DNA of 63,977 bases, filler included, from Octopus bimaculoides (GCF_001194135.2; 4 parts of 4 records of this genome joined end to end with filler, not necessarily neighbours in it); one strand, 5' to 3'. Positions 1 to 11,379 are shown, counted from the whole stretch's first letter. Numbers and translations are program-made. The notes: generated by a model not told the origin, from the sequence alone.

Positions 1-31
<31 letters not shown>

Positions 32-32
<1 letters not shown>

Positions 33-183
33 GACGGCCTTCTGTCATTTTCCGTCTACCAAATCCATTCAAAAGGCTTTGGTTGGCCAGAGGTTGTAGT
101 ACCTTGACAAAGGTACTACGCAGTGAGACTGAACCCGGAACAATGTGGTGAGGAAGCAAGCTTCTTGCCACACAGCCACGCCT
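32..183 (-). mobile_element. tRNA-derived SINE, family C (5' half)
   Basis: Reverse complement reads AGGCGTGGCTGTGTGGCAAGAAGCTTGCTTCC...GGGTTCAGTCTCACTGCG, matching the head of the fuller copy at 47810; A/B-box-like motifs; runs into the (CA)/(TA) microsatellite at 1-31. Confidence 0.8.
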
Positions 184-218
184 ATATCCAAATTTAGGGA
201 GTAGTGGAACAGATAAAA

Positions 219-310
219 TCTAGGCTACGTATATTTCCTAGGTAGCAAATCCTCTGATGTAATAATTATTCAACGAGGGGTACGCATCTAGCTACTCATC
301 AGGCCGAAGA
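219..310 (-). ncRNA. Decayed type I hammerhead ribozyme with a long stem II insertion at the PLE 3' end
   Basis: Minus strand: TCTTCGGC-CTGATGA-GTAGC-(44 nt)-GCTAC-CTAG-GAAA-TATACG-TA-GCCTAGA. The core, the GTAGC/GCTAC stem II and the GGC/GCC plus TCT/AGA stem I are visible. Four extra nt precede GAAA and stem III is weak. Confidence 0.55.
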
Positions 311-1164
311 TACCATAGATATATGAAGGTTACATTGTGACTTGGGAATCCTAAGTTAACACACTGTAGGTGTAATTTGAAATGAGTGGTAAAGCCGGAA
401 GGACAGACTGAAAAAATAAATGTTTGAAGAAGGAAAAAGGAAAGGGTGTGAGCATCGTATAAAGGTGGGTTTTAGGTAGATTGTTGCTGATTTTAACGAG
501 AAAGAAAGGTTTTATAAATATTAAGCTGGAGCCATTTTACTATGTCAACAGTAAACACATACATAGGCGCACCCATGCATAGGATATATATAAAAATTAA
601 ATGTTAGAAGAAATGAAAAGCTCAAGTAGAAGAAAGGATGAAAAGAAAGTGGTCGAATATTTAGGAGTGGGAATCGGGTGAAGTTGTTAGGAAAGAAGAA
701 GTGGACAGTGGGGAGAAAAGGGGGAAGGTAGGAGTAGAAAATTGTAGTCTTTAAGGGGAAATAATGGTTGTTAAGAATATTAAGCTGGGAGGGTAAGTAT
801 AGTAGGAGCTGGTAAAGTTGGTCGCTTACCACTTCACAGTAAGTATACACGTTCACGCACCATTGCATACACACATACACTCATTTCGCACCCGTAGAAT
901 ACTTAAGTACTTGTACTCATGTACATAAGTACACAAGCACACCTCCACATGCATAAAGGAAAATATGAAGAGACCACAAAGTCATGAAAATATAGCTCAA
1001 AGGAGTAAATATTATAAATACGTAGAAGAAATTAAAGTAGAGGTGATGTTGGAGAACCAGCTAGAGAATTATTGTGGAAGGGCTAACGTTTGTACCTTAA
1101 GAATCTCTGGCGTAATTTCTGTTTACAATTAAGAATAAAGTCGGTTCATTCCCTGACGCTGCTG

Positions 1165-1995
1165 CTGCATTGCAAAATCAATAAGACTTCCGCGATGCAA
1201 AGATCGCATTTGTTGTTATAACAGCTATAGAGATTACTATGGGTAACAATGGACTATTTTATACTGTGTAAAACTGAGTTGTGTTTTATGTTATGAATGA
1301 GCCTTGATAAAGAAGTACTGTTAGTTTTCGCTTGAGATTTAAAACTAGAAATAGTGTTTACTAATTCTGGCCTTGAATGTGGTACTGCACGAGTCGATAT
1401 TTACAAACTTGAAATCCTTTATGGAAACCGTACATTTATATAATATATTTTTAGTAAGGTATTTATTTTCTAAAGGTGCTTAAGTAGAATTTGTGGGGTT
1501 ATGATTACCTGAGGTTAACTGGGTGTTATAGGTAATATCCGCCTTGAAGTTAGGATTGGTATTGTTTGTGGTGATGTTGTTTATAGTAGATCTCGTGTCC
1601 GATGATATCATCTCTTTTATTCACGACATCGGAAACCTATAAAGCCAGATCGATAGACTGGTTATGGGTATTGGGCAGAGTGTTAGGATTAGAGCTGGTG
1701 GGGTGAGGGTTGGCATTGGAAAGAGGGATGCACTAGGTTTATGGAGGGGGTGTAAGGAGGATTAGAGTGTGTTGTATTTGCGTGATTGAAGTTATCTATT
1801 TTCTGGTTGCGTAGCTTCTTATTGTTAACTCACCGAATTATACCAGCGATGTTAGTTGTGATGGAGTAGGATAATTTGATAGATTGGTGGTTGAAGATTT
1901 TCCTAAGGGTATTAGACCTTGGGAAATGTTTTTCTAATGGAGCAAAGAAAAGCGTAGGTAGTCTGGTCTGAACATTAAGGGTGAACGGAGCGGGG
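1165..1995 (-). pseudogene. Disrupted GIY-YIG endonuclease region of the Penelope-like ORF
   Basis: ILYKCTV (GIY-type motif), NIDSCSTTFKAR (YIG motif mutated, Y>N and G>D) and CDLCIAE; in-frame stops and at least one frameshift. Confidence 0.8.
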
Positions 1996-2059
1996 TTCTG
2001 GTCCGCTTATTCCGTTCTAAGGTGCTACCCACATATGACACCCTAACAAATACAAATTA

Positions 2060-2107
<48 letters not shown>

Positions 2108-2716
2108 TGCACACATATACACACACCATCCTGATAAATATAAAACACACATACACAGACCCGTCCCATACACACGCCACATTAAACTCTGGGACCAATC
2201 AAAAACGGCCTACACACACAAACACAAGCGCATATATATACACACAGAGACGTGCACAGAGACACACACGCACACATACTCACACCATTCTGACCTCTAA
2301 GACCAGTCTCAAAAACCACTGAACCATGACAGACTAGCCCAGAAAAAAATCCTTTTGATTCTACATTGCACTTCCTCTCCCCAACTAACCTCCTACACTA
2401 TGCCTTAAAATAGCAAACATTCCCTAGCTACACACAAGACAGAAAATGTCAGACAGACAGGTCAGTTATTCCTCCCCAATTTTTTGTAAATTCTTAAATA
2501 TATCTCCTTCTATATATATACTATCACACAAACATGATTTTTATTGAACTCAAAATACTTATTGTATTCCCTTTCTTGAACACTTTCATGTAAACTATTT
2601 TTAACATTTTCTTATCATTATCAAAGACTGCATGACTGTACTTTAATACTTTTGTGATAACCATTTTTTAACACAACAAAGCTTATACCAAGCTTTACAT
2701 CTTACTTTTGCTAATC

Positions 2717-2752
2717 TTTTTCTAAAAAAGTGAAACCGGTCAAATCAATAAA
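2717..2752 (+). ncRNA. Heavily decayed minimal hammerhead remnant followed by AATAAA (probable 3' end of a second PLE/pLTR)
   Basis: TTTTT-CTAAAAA-AGT-GAAA-CCGG-TC-AAATC-AATAAA. GAAACCGGTC with a palindromic ACCGGT helix III is typical of PLE minimal hammerheads; CTAAAAA could be CTGAAGA with two G>A changes; stem II is missing. Confidence 0.35.
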
Positions 2753-2830
2753 CATCTCTAAAACTCCTTTGCATTTTCAGACCTTCTTTCATATATATTT
2801 TCACTCGTGCGGTACCTTACAACTTTACTT

Positions 2831-2897
2831 GGATCTATTTCAAAACAGGGGCACCAGTATTTTCTTAACGAAACACTAAAGAAACACTTTGAAACTT
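2831..2897 (+). mobile_element. Terminal fragment of the GGATC-ended MITE family (full copy at 21902-22475), cut by an N gap
   Basis: GGATCTATTTCAAAACAGGGGCACCAG...TTAACGAAACAC...CTTTGAAACTT resembles the reverse complement of 22420-22475. Confidence 0.7.
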
Positions 2898-2997
2898 NNN
2901 NNNNNNNNNNNNNNNNNNNNNNNNNNNNNNNNNNNNNNNNNNNNNNNNNNNNNNNNNNNNNNNNNNNNNNNNNNNNNNNNNNNNNNNNNNNNNNNNN

Positions 2998-3031
<34 letters not shown>

Positions 3032-3046
3032 CACATATATATATAG

Positions 3047-3380
3047 AATGACTAGGGTGTTAGAAACACATACATTGCCTGAAATAAGAATTAAAATGCT
3101 CCAATTTTGTAGTCAAAGCACAATATGCATATACAGACAGAGACTATAAATGTCCGAAAACACCAATCGAGAATTTCTTATGCTGACGTCAATTTTAGCA
3201 ATTTCCATTGCCTCTTCAGTAAGGACTAGTTCGAATCAATATCGACAGCAATATGCAATGTTTACCAAAAAGGAAAACCATAATTGTCACTAAATATGAC
3301 TTGGGTGTTAGAAACACTTACATTGCTAGAAATAAGAATTAAAATGTTCTAATGCTGTAGCCAAAGCACATGATTGTATA
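3047..3380 (-). repeat. About 1.3 tandem units (period 248 bp) of a hammerhead-bearing repeat
   Basis: GAC(TA/TT)GGGTGTTAGAAACAC...AAATAAGAATTAAAATG recurs at 3050 and 3298; the unit is the inverted homolog of 3540-3790. Confidence 0.85.
3175..3225 (-). ncRNA. Type I hammerhead ribozyme, mutated copy (probably inactive)
   Basis: Minus strand: TCCTTA-CTGAAGA-GGCAATGGAAATTGCT-AAAA-TTGACGTCAG-CA-TAAGAA. G12>A and U16.1>C substitutions lie in the catalytic core. Confidence 0.75.
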
Positions 3381-3394
3381 CATATATACTAGTA

Positions 3395-3797
3395 GTGAAA
3401 ATTATGGTTTCCTTTCTTGGTATGTCTATATTAATTTTATGTATACACATTAGCGATTCGCTAAATCATTCATAAATTCTTACGGTGAAAACATAGATAC
3501 TGATAGAGAATTAAGTCCAAAATCTGCCGAAACCAAGTCAGTCCTTACTGATGAGGCAATGGAAATTGGCGAAACTGACGTCGGTATAAGGAATTCTCGA
3601 TCGGTGTTTTCGGGCGTTCATAGTTCCTATCAGTATGTACATATACAATTATGGGCTTTGACTACAGTATTAGAGCATTTTAGCTTTTATTTCTAGTGAT
3701 GTAGTTGTTTCTAACACCCTAGTCATGTTTAGTGACAATTATGGTTTTCCTTTATGGTAAGCATTGCATACCACTGTCTATATTAATTTATATATGT
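3395..3797 (+). repeat. Plus-strand unit (period ~337 bp) of the same hammerhead-bearing repeat
   Basis: ATTATGGTTT(T)CCTTT...TGTCTATATTAATTT at ~3401-3438 recurs at ~3738-3789; 3540-3790 is the inverted homolog of 3047-3300. Confidence 0.8.
3542..3592 (+). ncRNA. Type I minimal hammerhead ribozyme, core intact
   Basis: Stem I TCCTTA(3542-47)/TAAGGA(3587-92); core CTGATGA (3548-54); stem II GGCAAT-GGAA-ATTGGC (one G.G mismatch); GAAA (3571-74); self-complementary helix III ACTGACGTCGGT; cleavage triplet GTA (3584-86). Confidence 0.85.
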
Positions 3798-5142
3798 AGA
3801 TATATATANNNNNNNNNNNNNNNNNNNNNNNNNNNNNNNNNNNNNNNNNNNNNNNNNNNNNNNNNNNNNNNNNNNNNNNNNNNNNNNNNNNNNNNNNNNN
3901 NNNNNNNNNNNNNNNNNNNNNNNNNNNNNNNNNNNNNNNNNNNNNNNNNNNNNNNNNNNNNNNNNNNNNNTATATATATATATATATTTATGTATGTATG
4001 TATATACATGCATGTATGCGATGTATATATGCATATATATATATGCATATATACGTGAATGTAAATAAGTTTGTATATGTACATGTGCGTGTGTGTGTAT
4101 GTGTGGACGTGTACATGTTCAAGAAGACATTTAGTTGTGAATTGTTATTTTTACTGAAATGCAAATATAGTTAAAACTGAGATACTACATGAACCCTATT
4201 TAGAGCATCAAATAAGTTTTAAAAAATCAAAAGGAATATATCGCCTTTTCTTCCATTTCTGCAACGTTATTTAGTTTCTTTGAAAGTAAATTATAGCTAG
4301 TAATCTTAAGTCTCAGCTTCATTTCATATCAAATTATTCTGAGATTATACTATGCTGATGAAACCAGAATTTGTCAAGAACAAACCGGGAATTATCTCCT
4401 GTACTTGTAAGAACAAATTAAATATGATAAAATATGATGTAAGCCATATATGATGTTCCTCTCACTGAATATTTTATTCATCTTTATCTTTTCAACGATT
4501 CATATATTACACATTCAGATATCCTCTTGCTCACAACATTGTTTATTAATTAGTTTTTATTGCTTATTGTTTTTGTTAATTAGCTTTCTTTAACCTTGTA
4601 GGAGATTTTCACATGGACTACAGTGTGATATTTATAATTGATGTACAGTTTAAGCATCTGCAGTCAGTAAAAATCCGTTGTATTTATAGCTGATGCATAG
4701 TTTAAACTTCATCTGGTGTGCTACTTCTGGCAAAATTTTCCCTCGGCAAAAATTCCTCGTACTCGTCATAATATAATAGCTGTTCCTAACAAAGTATCTT
4801 TTCCCGTCCAGTTCCTATCTACTTATACCTTTCTCCCTCCCTCTCTTCCTCTTCACTTCTCTCTCTCTCACTTTGCATGATCTACGAAAATCTTTTGGAG
4901 TTCATACTGTCACAACTAACATATCAATTTTCTTTAGTAGTGCTTTCTTTGGTAGTAGTTTAGCTTATAATCTCACGCTTCGGATACGATATCTTAAAAT
5001 TTGAAAAGCAACTATATTGCTTTCTATTAGTATGTCGTTTCACTCTAATTCTTTCATACTAACTGTGCAGTTTTTGTCTTTGTTTTGATCATAATCTATG
5101 GGAAGTACCTGTGAAGTTATCCATATTGTACACAGCTATCAA

Positions 5143-5420
5143 CAGGTCGGGTCAGGTATGGAAGCAGATGCCGTTGCAGCACGTCGCTGTGTCTACCGTT
5201 TATCCTCCAAGCAGTGTACCTGTCTGTCCTCATCACCGTGAGATACTTCCTCGTCACCGTGACCATGTGATACGTGACTGATTAACATAAGCCGTCACAC
5301 CAGCCAGATCCTCAGAGAAGAGAATATGGCACGCAAAATCGAAGTCGGAAAATCGAGCTACATGACCAAATTGAGCTGACACTCCCGAATCTTACAAGCA
5401 ACAATATGCCTCCCAGCTTC
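5143..5420 (-). mobile_element. RTE-clade LINE 3' end fragment (Expander/Rex3-like)
   Basis: Minus translation IRECQL..FGHVARFSDFDFACHILFSEDLAG...SRITWSR and ...VDTATCCNGICFHT* followed by CCTGACCCGACCTG, typical of RTE ORF2 C-termini and tails. Confidence 0.75.
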
Positions 5421-5499
5421 TGAGTATAGTCGTTAGTTGGATACGAAATCCAACCAATAGTAACTCATAATTCTGTAAAGCATCCAAGGACTAAAGGAG

Positions 5500-5644
5500 T
5501 TCAACTGGGATTTATTTTACCGACCCCGAAAGGATGAAAGAAAAAGTCAACCTCGTTGGAATTTAATCTCAGAGCATAAAGTCGGAGGAAATGCCGCTTA
5601 GCATTTTTTCTGGCGTGCTAACGATTCCGCCAGCTCGTCGCCTT
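5500..5644 (-). mobile_element. tRNA-derived SINE, family B
   Basis: Reverse complement AAGGCGACGAGCTGGCGGAATCGTTAGCACGCC...TTTCATCCTTTCGGGGTCGGTAAAATAAA; many homologs in the window. Confidence 0.85.
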
Positions 5645-7784
5645 TACACTACTGTAAGACATTTATCAACACTGGGCTCGTTGTAATCGACTAGCCCCTT
5701 TCCACAAAATTTCTGGTCATGTACCTGTAGCAGAAAGAATTACATTGACATATGACATATGTCAGTATACTGCTAATATAAGATATTAGAAATCAATGTC
5801 ACACATATTCATTGACCCTGACAAAGAGTACGTGGAGCAGCTGAACCGGTAGTACTGAATAAAAGGCCTTGCGGTATTCAGATACGTCACATTATGTGCT
5901 GAATTCAAATCCAAACAATGTCAACTTGCCCGTCACTCCACCAAGATCCATAGAATAACTCTTAAACCTATTTTAGAAGGCAGTATTAATTTTAGCAGAT
6001 CTGCATTGAATTGATAGAATTGACAGTGCGTTAGATAAAATACCTTGCGATGTTTAGTAGTGCCTCTTTATGTCCTAAGTTGGAATCCCAACTTTACCAT
6101 TCATTCTTCTGGTTAGGGTGGTGGGTGGTTCGATAACATAATGTACCGGTCAAGTAATAGAGTCAATTTAATCGACTGTTCTTCCTCATAGCAAACGTGT
6201 TGCAGCGTCTCTAATTTAGAAGTCATTAACAATCTCGACTGAAGGTAGTAGAGCGGCTAAAGAGATAGCGGGCATCGGACAAGCTTTATAAAACTTTTTT
6301 TTTTCCTGTGTTCAAATCCACTCAAACTTATCATTGAGAAACAATTTGACTCTATTTTTTCTTACAACCGGGGATGGTAAAATTTAATTTGTATGACTGA
6401 TACTTTACATTTTTCCTACAAATTTTTAGGCTAACAAATTTATTGCATCACCGAAAACCCTGTAATAAGTCTGTTACTACAACAAAAGTAGATAATATCG
6501 TTGCTCAATGTAGAGTAGACGTTTCTAGCTACTGCTATCTTGTTGAACATCAGGCAATATATATTATTATATTCTGGAGATTTTCATGGCCTGACATAAA
6601 TAAGACAAAGACTACTCAATTGCACTGGTGTTCATTGGCAGAGACACAGAACATGAAATTGAAGGAGAATCTAACAATATTGATGAGGGTCAGAAATTCT
6701 TGGTACGGCCTGGTGAAACGCACCTCGGATGCGGTCATTTGAGTATAGTGATGACGATATTAATCTAATTTATTAATTTCTTCTCCGAAAAAAAAAAAAA
6801 ACCAAAAAGAAAAAAAACCGAAGATTTTCCACTTCGGTTTGTGTTTTGTCCTCAACTTTCCGTAATATGAAAGAATTGCAAGTAAGAAGTATCAACGGTT
6901 TCAGCAAACCAAATCAGATCTAATGACGTAAAACATATAAAGAGAATATGCTCAATTATAACCCTATAAAGATAGTCTTATCAGAGATAATTGCGTTTTA
7001 TATTTAACTTCATATATTTACACGAAGTCCTACACAACTCATGAAAAATCGAAGTTTGTTTCTGATCTTTGTTCTGTATTAGTGATTCAACTGATCGAAA
7101 TGATGCATACTATTTTGAATGCTTTGGAGATTAGCAGTTGTTGTTCAATGCTGGCAAGGCGATTTGATTGGTTAATTACAGTTTATGACTGTAAATAATT
7201 ATTAGTCGATTCTGAAAAGGATGGATGTTTGTATATGTAACTTACGTCACAAATTGCGAGTGAGCTTTCGATTTTGATTAAAAAAAGAATAGATTCTCTG
7301 ATTCATTATATAATGATTACCCACAACGACAAAAGGTTAAGTTACAGGGAACGGAGTAAAGGCGATTGAATCAGTTTTAGTAATTTACTGGTACTTAAAT
7401 AATCGTCGTCAAAATAACGAAATGCTACAATTAACCCTGGACGCAAGTATGGCTGTGCGGTTAAGAAATTCGTATTTCAATACAGGTTCGATCCCATTGT
7501 GCCACGCCTATGGTAAAAATCTTCTCTTGTATAGCTTTTGAGCGACTTAAACTTTGTAAGGAAAATTAGACGTAGTCTGTACTTATTCAAAGGTGAATAA
7601 TTCGTTGCTCAGTTTAATACCAGTCGACTCCGTTGCAAGCTTTGGAGGAGGTGCCTAGTCACCATAAGCAAATTTGGACTCAAAATGTAGCGAAACGAGA
7701 CTAAATCGTTCAGTATTTGAAGGTTCGATGTCATACATTTACCACCAATTTGCCGCTTGGAACATTCTTTATTGTTTTATCTTT

Positions 7785-8103
7785 TTACTCGTTTCATTCA
7801 TAGGACTGCAGCCATATTGGGGCAACACTTTAAAAGATTTAGTCAGTCAAGTCAATCCCAATATTTGTTTTTCAAGTCTAGTACTTAATCTATCGGTTTC
7901 TTCTGTCGGACCACAATGTTTACGGGGACGTAAACAAACCAACACTGGTAGTCAAGTGGTGAAAGGACAACGCATAAAGACACGCAACACACAAACTCTG
8001 CTCTACCAAATTCCCTCACATCGGCCCAAGGTGCCGCGCGGTGGAACCGAATCCAAAGTTACTTGTTTGCGAACACTTCAACCACACAAACATGCCTGCG
8101 CCT
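7785..8103 (-). mobile_element. SINE family C, diverged
   Basis: Homologous to 47810-48214 in reverse (head at ~8103; body TTTACGGGGACGTAAAC; tail GTTTCATTCATAGGACTGCAGCCAT). Confidence 0.7.
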
Positions 8104-8820
8104 ATGAATTTTCATAGCATATTGAATTTTTACAACATTGATTTGCTTCAGAGGAAATAGGGCTTCAAATTTAAATTGGGACTTAATTATGTTCGTGCTT
8201 TTCTAAAGAGCTCAAATGATCACAAAATGAGCTTCGCCGAGACATGGTCAACTTTGATGTATTTATTATCGGATCCTTCCGGGCTTCGCAGAATAACTGC
8301 CGACAGATATGAAGCCAATTCATCAGACCAATCCTTCTACTAATGTTAGAAATATTAGTTAATAGTGATTTTGGTGGAGTTTAAAGTAGATTAATTTGCC
8401 CTCAGGCCTTGATATGCACTTCATTTTATCGACCCTGAAGGATCACCGGCAAAGTTGATTACAGCGGGGTTTGAACTCCTAGCGTAAAAAGGTTTTAATG
8501 AAACATTTCCAGGAAATTTTTTCCGACGTTCTAAGGCAGTGCTTCTCAAAAGGTGCGCATTAGTGAGCCTTAATCTATGTGTACCACAAATTTTTAACAA
8601 CATGATAATTTAGGGATTTAGAAAATATACACTAATGCTAGAACTGCAGTAGATTAGCAGAATCGGTAAAGTGTCGGGCAAGCTGTGTTGAGGTATTTTT
8701 TCCGATACTTTAAGTTCTTTGTTCAAATCCCACAGAGATCAACTGTGGCTTTCACCCATTCAAGGTTCAGCTAATGTCGAAAGTAGGATATCCTAAACCT
8801 TAGGAGATGGCTTAGCATGC

Positions 8821-8944
<124 letters not shown>

Positions 8945-9995
8945 TTGGTCTTGAACTCATTTGTATTTGTTTTGTGTATGTAATTTATATGTAAATATTG
9001 AGAGTTATATATTTGTCTGCACCATTTTAGTAATTCCCAAAGCATCTACTTATGTGGAAATATTGTTTCTGTTTTCAATTCTCAGATTCTAATGTAAGGC
9101 TTGAAAACAGTAAGCGTGAAGGCTATGAATTCATATGATTGGTCAGAATGAAATGTTAAGTTCGTTATTTCTTTTGTTAACCGCAGATTTGTCCTGATCG
9201 AACAGATATCTGATCAAAGATATTCCAGCCATCACCATCTCATTTTTTAAAAGTCATAATTTGTTTCCAACTACATTTTAACTGCAAAATCAGAAGATGG
9301 AGTACACTACCTAAGACCTGCTTTTAGAGGCTGCGTGGCTGGTTGGAGGAGATTGCAATTACAATTATACTGGACACCTGACTCAACGTTAGCAACACAG
9401 TGGACTTTGCTAAAGGCACGCAAGGGTCAGATGATGGACTATCATCCACTGTGTCCATCTCTTTTTTTTTTTTTTGGAAATACAGTGCATGATTCAAAAT
9501 ACATTTGTCCGCTCTTTCTAACAAATCAAATGACAACCGAAAGGTTTCCTGGATAACGTAAAACTCTAATGTGAACGTTATTGATTGATGTCGATTTTCC
9601 ACTTGTCATACCTTTCAACCTTTAAAAAGAAAATACACGTTGAAAAATATAGTCTTAGAGACATGTCTGAGGGGGTAAAAAGCTAGAATGATCGGGGCAA
9701 GAATGCTTTTTGATGTGCCTGCTTGATCAAACTGATCTTGAGTAAGGCAATAGCAACCACAACATCATCTACTAGAAATAGTAGCCAAATTTCCCTGATA
9801 TCGCATACTATTGACTTACGAACGAAGAAGTCATTGGGCAACGTAGTCTGATAGACAGACAGACAGACAGACAGACAGATAGAAAGTCAGACAGACAGAC
9901 AGACAGATAGAAAGTCAGACAGACAGACAGACAGATAGAAAGTCAGACAGACAGACAGACAGATAGATAAATGCACGGACGGATGGATGGACAGT

Positions 9996-10027
<32 letters not shown>

Positions 10028-10028
<1 letters not shown>

Positions 10029-10409
10029 GTTGGCACTCCGTCGCTTACGACGTCGAGGTTTCCAGTTGATCCGATCAACGGAACAGCCTGCTCGTGAAGT
10101 TAACGTGCAAGTGGCTGAGCACTCCACACACACGTGTACCCTTAACGTAGTTCTCGGGGATATTCAGCATGACACAGTGTGACAAGGCTGGCCCTTTGAA
10201 TTACAGGCACAACAGAAACAGGAAGTAAGAGTGAGAGAAAGTTGTGGTGAACGAGTACAGCAGGGTTCACCACAATCCCCTGCTGGAGCCTCGTAGAGCT
10301 TTTAGGTGTTTTCGCTCAATAAACACTCACAACGCCCGGTCTGGGAATCGAAACCGCGATCCTATGACCGCGAGTCCGCTGCCCTAACCACTGGGCCATT
10401 GCGCCTCCA
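10028..10409 (-). mobile_element. tRNA-derived SINE, family A (full length, ~380 bp), inside a (GATA)n/(GACA)n tract
   Basis: Head TGGAGGCGCAATGGCCCAGTGGTTAGGGCAGCGGACTCGCGGTC...GGTTTCGATTCCC (A and B boxes), end GTAAGCGACGGAGTGCCAACA; close to the 27739 and 42440 copies; GATA repeats on both sides. Confidence 0.92.
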
Positions 10410-11338
10410 GATAGATAGATAGATAGGTAAGTAGATAGATAAAAAGACAGGTAGATATGTATACAAGCATGCATAATTGTATGTATGTATTTATGTAAAA
10501 AAAAAAAAAAAAGGAAAAGCAGGATGGTCTTTCATTATAGGTTTACTCAGCCTTGGATTAAATAGAAAGTAGTAACTTTTAGGCTAAGTTGCATTGAGGA
10601 AATACCAGTCTAACGTGTTATGCTGCACAATCCACGCAATACGAAACAAAACTTGTCTGTGATATTTTTATATCATTCAGTGTAACTTTTTTTTATAGTT
10701 GGTGAGTTGTTGCTGTTACTGCTGCTGCTGCTGCTACTGCTTAGCGTAAAGTCAAGCCTGACTGAAGAGAGTTATGTGAAATCTATGTTGAAACAAATAT
10801 TGTTATATTTGAGAAGGGTCATCTTTTGCAAGTAAAAAAACAAACTATTTATTTCTTCTTCTTTTCTCCTCCTCCTCCTTATTGTTATTACCTTGCGAGC
10901 GTAAGCGAAAGCAGGGTATTGTAACCACTCGTCTTTGTCTGTTTGTCTGTGTGTTTTCAAATTTACTGGAAAACTGCGGAAATTTGGGTAAGTGGTTCAA
11001 AATAATGAAAATTTGGTTTGATTATCTCCAAAACTGGCGTATGGGTGAATCAAAATGTTTTGACTGTGCAAATTTTTTCGCGAAAGAAATTATGTGCACG
11101 CAGGGTATGCATCGTTTTGGCATGTTCTCAGCACAAGTATCTATTACTAGCATATAAGAACATGTATTATATCTATTAAATACTATTTATTTCTCAGCAG
11201 CTGGAATACTTTTTTGTTGAACTTGCCATCACGGATTAGTACACAATATATATATATATATATTTCTTATTCACGTAGACACACGTCTGTACATACGTAC
11301 ATACATAATACCTGCATACATAAATACATAGATATGCG

Positions 11339-11379
<41 letters not shown>

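Larger units (their letters stand above)
200..2023 (-). mobile_element. Penelope-like retroelement, 3' portion (RT-endonuclease linker, GIY-YIG domain, 3' UTR/pLTR), decayed
   Basis: Manual minus-strand translation gives PFTLNVQTRLPTLFFAPLEKHFPRSNTLRKIFNHQSIKLSYSITTNI (~1990-1850), like the PLE linker P(F/Y)S.NV.T...KHFP...KIFN....K.SYS. It continues as PLENKYLTKNILYKCTV...FVNIDSCSTTFKARISKH...STSLSRLI...NKCDLCIAEVLLIL (~1479-1170), a decayed GIY-YIG with C-terminal CxLC. Stops and frameshifts are present. Confidence 0.85.

Noticed and set aside
961-1005. ATGAAGA-GAC-CACAAA-GTC-AT-GAAA hammerhead-like string
   Set aside because: C3 is absent, extra nt precede GAAA, there is no stem III or stem I, and it is antisense to the PLE.
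10753-10812. CTGAAGA...GAAACAAATATTGTT hammerhead-like string
   Set aside because: Helix III is plausible but stems I and II do not pair; likely chance in AT-rich DNA.
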